Assembly (NCBI GenBank): GCA_965153285.1
Contig: OZ229116.1
Source of the DNA: Podarcis tiliguerta
Lineage: Eukaryota
DNA length: 64,000 bases
Reading direction: 5' to 3' (one strand)
The position numbers were made by a program, and so were the translations under genes. A model generated the notes under the pieces. It had not been told where the DNA came from. It worked only from the letters and a program-made list of their open reading frames with translations, and did not search any database. This document shows positions 37,695-64,000 of the stretch, piece after piece; the stretch's first letter is position 1; every line of letters starts with the position of its first letter.

Positions 37695-40600
37695 TATGTG
37701 TAGTACAAACACATACGTGAAGTCAACATACGTGAAGTCCTTTGAGCATGCAGGAAAAAGTAATTATTTTTTGCTGAAAGGCAACTGTGGTCTAAATGAT
37801 TCCACCACCATACAGAGCTCTTAAATATGGATTATGTCCATGGCCTAGGTCAGCATATCACAAGGTGTGAATACAAGGTCAGGTCAATAGCTGTGAATAC
37901 CAATACTAACTTTCTTCAACAGACATACTTGTTAAGGGGAATAAATATAGCCCAGGATAAGTATCACAAATAGCCTCCTAAAGTTCAAACAATTCAGACA
38001 TACAACTGAATGCAAAATTATGTGGAATTTTAGTTTTAACTTCATAAATGTGGAATGTTCAATGATAATATACAATTGCATGTCTGATGGATGATTTAAG
38101 ACTACAAAGAAAACACGCTTATCTGCCTCACAGCATACAATTTAAATTGAACCTGACACACATGGTTCTGCCAAACAAGCCTTTTCAAAGCAGCTGAGAA
38201 GATATTTGATAGGAAAACAGGCAGCAGCCCACTAAGGGGGTCTTTGAACGTTGAAATAAACATTCAAAGTTGGGGAATTGATCAAAGACATGCTGATAGC
38301 TGAACAAAGTTGACACATCACTTTCCAGTCAGACCCTGCTATGCAAGAACAGCTAAAATAAAAATTTGATTCTGTTGTGTTTAAAAAATGATCAAACCCT
38401 AACCTTATTTTATTTGTAATATTTATGCTGAGCACCTGTGGTCTGAAGAATAGAAAGATATAAAAGCCTGCAACATTTCCACAAACATATTTCCTGCATA
38501 TCCAGCAACAGTGAAAAGCAATTCACCAAGGCAGCTACCTTGAAGAAATATGTAGAGTGGAACTCATGGCTAGATGCTGATGATGAAAATGAAAATGTAT
38601 TAGGCACCTCTGGGTAACTTTGGGTGGAAGGTCCTTTGAGTACAAATATATCCCAACCTACAGACAATGCCATGGACTTTTAGCTAGGGTGCCACAAACT
38701 TGTCTACAATGCTTTTATGCTGAAAGGAAGTAAAAGACTGGTCACAAGGATGCAATACCATGTAATGTGGGATAGTGAAGATGACTGCAGTGTGTGTGTG
38801 TTTCAATGAAGCTACATTGGTGCAACCCACAATCTGCCTCTGTTCATACTCTTAGTCCATTCACTCCATTCTGTGTTGTGGCTTTGGGTAGAGAAATCTT
38901 AGTCACACTGTCTACAGGCAGTGTTTTAGCTCCACCCCCTAGTGATGCTCTTACTAGAAGACTCCTGTCTGACAACCAAGAGGAGGTACTTCCCAGAATT
39001 GAAAGAATGCCCCATCCTAGAACTACTAGATAGATCACTCTGTTACTAGCCAGCCAGGCAGGGATGAGTTGGAAAGCTGGACAGGCCCTCCCCATAGCAG
39101 TTCAACACTACCTGTAGCCAAGAGTAGGTTTGACTGCAGATGGAAACAACTGCCTTTGCCAGCAAACTTCATAGGAGAGAAAGGGAGTCTCTGCCCTTCG
39201 ACTTGCCTGCTGATCTGAATTATGCTTACACAAAGGAGAAGCCTTTTTTCTGTAGGAACTGCCTGACTTTGAAATACCCTCCCTGGAGAGGTTCAATTGG
39301 CATTATCATCTTTTTGATGCCTGCTTTTTGCTCATGAAGTTTAAAAGGGTTACACTTGTTTTTGATGCATTTTTTTTTAGCTGTTGTCTTTTAGTTTTGT
39401 TTTTGCTGGGGTTTTGTTTTTTTAATGATCATGCTTCACTTTTATTTTATTTGGTTATTGTTGTCAATTTCCTTGGAATCTGTTTGGATGAAGGGTGGCT
39501 TAGAATGTAATTAATTAATTAAACCATTTTTTCTACCATAGCTCTGGAAGGGGAGAAGTGCAACAATATAAACAAGCGTGGCCCCTTCCGTTGTTGGCTC
39601 AGGAACCACATAAAGGAATCAGCAACCATCCCACCAACTTTTAAATTTCAAGATTAATGTGGCACTGAAACATAGTACTCTATGGACACTGATGGGACAA
39701 TCATATTGGCAAGCCTGTTGGGTTTTACATTGACTGGTAATGTAACAAACATCTATGCCACTGTCCCTTTGCCGACCTATAATGCTCCAATCAACACTGC
39801 AAGCTGCATTAACTTCCAAAAGGGTTTTTTTCTGCCAGAGGGTTTTGGAGAAAAAAAGCTTATGGGAAATGGGGGGATAGACTTACTTCATTTCCCCCTC
39901 TGTTGTGCCTTTCAGCAGTCATTTAGAGAGTTAACTTTGCTGAACTCAAGCAAATTGGATTTGTGCAGATAGCAGCCCTATCCCTTTCCTGGACACGGTC
40001 AATCTAATTAAAACAACAGTTCTTCTAAGAGACCTTTTATATCCTTCCCTGGTTCTACATGTTCACTTCCTCATTGGAAGAAAGAAAGAAAAATGACTCG
40101 AAAGATGGAAAAACCCAGGGTCACTTTGCTTTGCTCACCAGATATGGTTACGAACAACCTTCCTGAAATAATATTACCTAAACGATTATTGTAGAGAAAA
40201 AGATTAACGTTTTGAATGTTTAACCTTACCTTTCTGGTTCACTTGATCCCATTTATTTTCATAGAACCCACTTATACTAATAATAATGGCTGTGGCATAA
40301 TAGATTAAATAATGGTAGAGCTGACCTCTGCCTTCTTAACGTGTTGAATTACTTCATTCGCTGTATATTATAGGCTGAAAGAGAAGCTTAGCAGTAGTCC
40401 TCTAAGGTAAGGACTTGTCTTGAGGGCAAACCATGTTACACGTAACTGTCTGAACAGTCTTTATTTTTATTTTTTAAAGCAATTTTAGGATTCTACATAT
40501 TTTAGCAGAGGATATGATACTTAAAAACTCATCCTATCCTTTGCTAAAGCTATCCCTCTTTATGCAATTGCAGATGCCTATTTATAAAAGGAAATTACAT

Positions 40601-40862
40601 ACTGGGACCTTGCATGAAGGAAGCAATGCAAAGGGGCAGTGCTGAGCAGGAAAGGGTTAAGCATCACTCATTTTTCCACTCAAAATGGCATGAATATTTT
40701 TCATTTTTTTAAAAAAAATGCAGTGGATTCACTACTCTCATTTGCATGTAACATGCCTTTTAACTAAAGCCAGGGCAACCCTGCACACAGGCCCCCCCCC
40801 CCCTTTCCTTAATTTAGCCTCTGTTAGTTTTGATATTTGGTTAACAGTTACATTTTTGGGAT

Positions 40863-41223
40863 GGGACGCGGGTGGCGCTGTGGGTAAAAGCCTCAGTGCC
40901 TAGGACTTGCCGATTGAAAGGTCGGCGGTTTGAATCCCCGCGGCGGGGTGCGCTCCCGTTGCTCGGTCCCAGCGCCTGCCAACCTAGCAGTTCGAAAGCA
41001 CCCCCGGGTGCAAGTAGATAAATAGGGATCGCTTACTGGCGGGAAGGTAAATGGCGTTTCCGTGTGCTGCGCTGGCTCGCCAGATGCAGCTTTGTCACGC
41101 TGGCCACGTGACCCGGAAGTGTCTGCAGACAGTGCTGGCCCCTGGCCTCTTAAGTGAGATGGGCGCACAACCCTAGAGTCGGACACGACTGGCCCGTACG
41201 GGCAGGGGTACCTTTACCTTTTT
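40863..41223 (+). mobile_element. Sauria SINE, full length, distinct CpG-rich subfamily
   Basis: GGGACGCGGGTGGCGCTGTGGG head, ACCTTT tail, TSD ACATTTTTGG (40850-40859 / 41225-41234). Confidence 0.92.
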
Positions 41224-41679
41224 AACATTTTTGGTTACTGTTGGTTAAGCAAACCAATTAATGAACAGATACACATCGGTGTTTGATCCCTTGGTGATAG
41301 AGAAAGGTAGATGTGTGTGTGGGGGGGGGAATCTGTTGATTCACTGGCAGAAACAAACAGAAAGCATCACAATAGAATAGTGTAAAGATGATAGGTTGTT
41401 TTGCAGCAATATGCCTCATATTCTGCAATGTTACGTTCAGAAGAAATGATTGACTTTAAAAATAAAATAACGGAGATTTTTTTGTCCACATGAAGTTACT
41501 TGCTACATTATGTACAAAAATGATTTGAAATAATTTAAATGCGAAGTTTGCCTATATTTAGGGTTTGGAAAAAATGTACTGGAGTATGGAACTATAGATT
41601 TATAATTTATAAATATACAAAGGTTTCAAGAAAGTATTTCTTTAAAATTAGAAATTCAAATTCCAGTTGTAAAATCATT

Positions 41680-41685
41680 TTTATT
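41680..41685 (-). terminator. Candidate CARMIL1 polyadenylation signal (another AATAAA at 42110-42115)
   Basis: TTTATT on + strand at the end of an AT-rich ~0.9 kb 3'UTR-like stretch. Confidence 0.5.
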
Positions 41686-42586
41686 GGTACAAATATACAT
41701 TATGAATAAACTCCCTTCAGCGTGTATTATAAGCGGATGCCTGTGAAATATGCAAAGGAAAAAAATGAAAAATTGCTTTTACAGACAAGAATCTACTTTT
41801 CTTTCAAAAGTACATGTTAGAAGCTAGAGTGAATGCAGATTGACCCCCCAAGGTGCCCTCTAGAAAATACCAACAGTAATAAAATGTCCATTGCCCTCAT
41901 TCCAATCAACAACAAACATTTACTTATGGATATGGAAGCATATCAAGTTATTAGTAATTCTGGGTTGTTGTTTTGTGCTTTAGAACAGTACACAAAATGT
42001 AGGATATTGTGTTCTTATATACAGTACAACAAACGAGAAAAAAGGTCTCCCAAAGGAGAATGTAAAAATCATATCCAAGCATCTAATATATATTATTTAT
42101 ACAAATTATTTTATTAGTGTGCTCTGTTGATATAATTACAATGTGCAATTGCATTCAGCAAGAATATATTTATAAAGTAAGTTGCGTGCAAGTTTGACAC
42201 ATTTACATTCAGCAGTACAACACCTCTCATGCTGTACAGTGTGGGTTAGTGTAAGAAATTGTCCAGTTCTTTTGCTTGGGGTTTCCTCCCGCAAAGCCCC
42301 GCAAAGCAAGGCATTATTTTTATAGCTGCTTCAGAGAAATTCAAGTAGAAGACATGAAAAAGTTGCTGGCTTTTGCAAAGGCGTGAAAGGGAATGTCTGG
42401 AATCGTAAAGATCAGGAAGAAACAAAGGATCAGAGTCATGAAGTTCAGTTACCAGTGCAATCACCGACACTCCCCCCCCCCAATTTCCAAATGCTCCTCT
42501 ATAAAAGGAGAGTAACTGATCAAAAAGAGGGATAAGCGGTACCCTTATTGTTACAAAAGAGCACTGCCAAATACATGACCAACCAA

Positions 42587-60374
<17,788 letters not shown>

Positions 60375-60739
60375 CTATTATGAAGTCAACACAGCTGTGA
60401 AAGATGGAGCAAAAGCAAAGCTCGTTTAATTCTGGATCAGAAATCAAGTGATCTGTTAATCAAGTAACAGTTAATTAAGCTTTCTGTCTTCAGAATCATT
60501 CATAATGATCATTTATTGTGCTGGAAAGCATTCAAACCTGGTGTTCAGACTTTATAATGAGTCTGCAAATTCATCACATTTGATGAAATGTGGTTGGAAA
60601 AGGAGCAATGTCACATCGTGCCATCTGATTTTTAAGAAGTTACTGAGATTTCACAAAAAAGTATTATTATTGAACAATGGAAGCATTATCCTAAGCATTA
60701 TTTTTAGTCAAAGCTACCTTTGAATGGTGTTTTCTATTT

Positions 60740-60872
60740 NNNNNNNNNNNNNNNNNNNNNNNNNNNNNNNNNNNNNNNNNNNNNNNNNNNNNNNNNNNNN
60801 NNNNNNNNNNNNNNNNNNNNNNNNNNNNNNNNNNNNNNNNNNNNNNNNNNNNNNNNNNNNNNNNNNNNNNNN
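60740..60872. other. Assembly gap (133 N)
   Basis: Run of N. Confidence 1.
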
Positions 60873-63800
60873 AAATTGTGCAGAGAGTTATTTTTGTGAA
60901 TTTATCCAATTTTGGGGATAACGTTATACAACGCTTTGGGGATTGACTTATTGTAGTTTTAAAATGCTACAATAAAATAAACCTAATGATTTATACTCAA
61001 AGCTGACCCTTGCCACAATATTCACAACTTTTCTTCCCATCTTTTATGAATTATAACAATATATGAAATACTCATTTTATTAGGCAGGCTCAGCACAAAG
61101 GGTTTCAACTGTAACTGGTTAGTAGTTCACTGTGTACACCATTACTTAAACCTGTGCTTTTGGAATCACTGTACTTGAAAACAATACATTATTTACTTTA
61201 AAAATAAGAGTAGAGTTCACAGTGATAAATCAAAGCCTGAATGTAAAGACCAAGAAGAAATTAATGAAACGATGGACCTACAAATATACTTGTTACTCAT
61301 TCTAGAACCCAATGAACTCTGAGTGGGAGTTTCCTCTTTGATATGACAATCTAGCCTCCAGTTTGGTTGATCTACCTGTTCACACCAGCTGAAAAGAGAA
61401 ATGAAGCCCTAGGGGATGACCTCTCTTAAGTTTTTCTTGCAGATCAGACTGGTGAATCTCAAGCCTAGCTAGAGCTTTTTCAGCTGTCAGTGCCATTAGA
61501 AGGGATAATGAACTGAAATTCCAAATGGCTGAATAAATAAATAAATGCTACTACTGCCCAACGATGAAAGTATTGCTAGGTAGAACTATGCATTCTTTGT
61601 TTTAATCAAATGTAAGTCATAGTGGAGAAAGCCAGCACAGAAAGAAGTTGTTGAACAAATTTCACTTCACTTCGCTTCATACAAAGTTTATCTGGCCAGT
61701 TCACACCTAAGCATGAACATCTGAGGGTGTGCATACTCACAACAGGAACTGTGGTTGCTTTGTTCCTCCCCTGGTCCTCCTGTTGTGGTGTGACCTAGTT
61801 TGGCTTAGTGCTAGGACTTAAGCACTTAAGTTTGTTCTTGGCCTATCTACACCCCCTCCCCCAACCCCCCCCCAAATATAAATAAAGCACAGACAAATAA
61901 AGAAGGCAAAACACCCTAAACAAACAAAAGCCAAAGGAAGGAATCCAACTCCCTCAAGTAAAAAACAAAGAAAGAGCAAACACCATAAAATAGGGAGGGG
62001 CAGGTGGAGGACCACAAATAGGGTATCAAAGGAAATTGTTGTGCCCATCAGCACCGTGCTGAGAACGTCAGGTATGCACCATCATCAGAATAATCTCATT
62101 ATAAACAACAGTAGTACTCAACAGGGAAGAGCTTCAGGTGAAACCCCTAAAATAATCTAGTTCATACTACTGTGGCAAAGACAAAAAAGCCACAGAATCA
62201 AAATAGGAAAGGATACAGATTTAGGGTGGGGGGTGGGGGTACATCTTCTGTAAGCTTGATGAGCCTATTCCTATTATCTTGTTGTTGTCTGGGTAACCGG
62301 TTCCTGAACCAAAAAGTACAAGTGAAAAGAAACTAAATGATGCTAACCAGTTAATTAGAATCTGAGGTACTTTGGTGTGCAACAATTAGGAAGGAGAACA
62401 GGGTCTGATTAAATGCACACAGAGAGCCCTCAGTCCCCCTGCCCAAATTTTCCTCCTTGCTCCACATGAATCTCTTTTGTACTGCCTTCCGTTCATGCAA
62501 CACAACATGCTATTTTATGTTTACAGTTGTTTCCCTGATACTTCCCATGTCAACCCCACCCCCAACACACACACACTCACTCCATGTACCCTCCTTGAAT
62601 CTTGCCTCTGATAATTCCCCCTTCTGGTCTCAGCTAGTCACCAGGATCTACAGCTTCCTGGCTCTTATGACGCTACATTTACGACAATGTCCAATATATT
62701 GTTAAAGCCATGCAAAGTAAACAGATAATTAAACAAAAGCCTAGATTGAAGCAATTTCTTTAATGGGCACTGAGAGGAACATTCCTGCTTAGTTAACTGA
62801 GCTTTTGATAGCAGGCGGATGGTGGCTATTGGACACGCTCCATCTGCTTTGAGTAGGATTGAAGAACGTTGTTAGATAGCTGGACTGTGGTCAATGAAGG
62901 AAAAAGAAAAGGAGGGCTTGATAAACACACTGTTTGCTTTTGCAGGACTGAATGCTGCCTTAATTATTAGCACCATATCTGGGTGCATGTTCCCTTGTGC
63001 ACAGCTTGCACATTTATAAAGAAGCAGACATTCCAAGCATGCCGAAGGTCTTCAGTACTGCCTTGTAACAATAAGCCAGACAGTGTAAAAGACTTCCCCT
63101 AGAGCTTTCTACTGCTTATGGAAGTGGGGATCATGAAACAATATTATTATTCTAACTGACTAAACCTAAGAGTAGTGGCAAGGCAGAGACAGTGATTGTG
63201 TCCTACAGCCACCAGGGTGGAGCAATTAATAACTGTTACACTGGTACACTGATAAATTTGTCCCAACCGTACAAAGAAAGCACAGTTTATCTAACTTATT
63301 TCATTAATAATTTCTGGCACAAGATCATCTACACATTTTCTTAGTGACTTTGAATCGATAGGACAGTTTTAGTTGGTTAAATTGAATGCAAGTAATCTTT
63401 TAAGACATGCTCAATGCTGCCATAATTGAAGATTGCTGAAAACGGCAACTCTTCCATTTTCAGCAAAATGGGATTGGGGGGGGGGGGACTTGTGTTTACC
63501 TATCCATGGCAACTATTATGTTTTGAGTGAATATGGTAATGCAGTGTATACAAGATAATCTATTTTCTACCTAATTACCATTTTGGTACCTGCAGAAGCT
63601 CATGTTCAATCCATTTTTTACCTACATATGTTAAGACAGCCTTCTCCAACTTGATGCCCTTCAGTGTTTTGAACTATAACTCCTATCGGCCCCTGTCTTC
63701 TCTAGCCAATGTTCATTGATGTTGAGAATTGTAACCCAAAACGCCTGAAGGCTGCCAGGATAGGGAAAGCTGTGTTAAGACATTCTTCTTAAAAGTTCTG

Positions 63801-64000
63801 CCCATACAGCTGAATTGAAGTGGCATTTGGTTCCGCAGAAAGATTGACAGATAAGCAGACACCATTCATACATACCTAAAGGCAACCCAATTAGTATGAT
63901 TTTAAAAGATATTTTCATTATTAGTCTACTGTACATTAGTCTAGTGTAATGTAGGTTGCATGAGAATGCACATGTCTGCTCAGTTTTCGGGATGCAGTAT

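Overview
This is eukaryotic genomic DNA from a squamate reptile. The SINE content (Sauria/Squam1, a Squam3-like copy, and tRNA-headed SINEs with CR1 tails) points to a lacertid lizard. There are two protein-coding genes, both on the minus strand and in tandem as at human 6p22.2. The first is the 3' part of CARMIL1/LRRC16A (8 coding exons, 60269 to 42587, carrying the CPI, CSI, membrane-binding and Pro-rich regions). The second is a complete 11-exon secretagogin gene, SCGN (ATG 32270 to TAG 14559; 822-nt CDS, 273 aa, six EF-hands), with a CpG-island promoter. I recognise no coding exon in 1-14,000. The rest is SINEs, CR1/L2 fragments, Tc1/mariner and hAT MITEs, microsatellites and one assembly gap. 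Nearly all ORF-track entries are spurious. The most unusual object is a TSD-flanked chimeric retro-insertion at 37275-37694: a 5'-truncated pre-tRNA-Ala(CGC) with trailer and TTTT, fused to a full-length Sauria SINE. It carries A37>G and is truncated at G26, which may be footprints of tRNA modification. Also notable are a recursive-splice-site motif on the CARMIL1 CSI exon, a candidate 48-nt cassette exon bracketed by inverted MITEs, and a dense endocrine-TF motif cluster in SCGN intron 4. Repeat family names and orthologue comparisons come from recalled sequences, not database searches. Repeat boundaries without TSDs are approximate.
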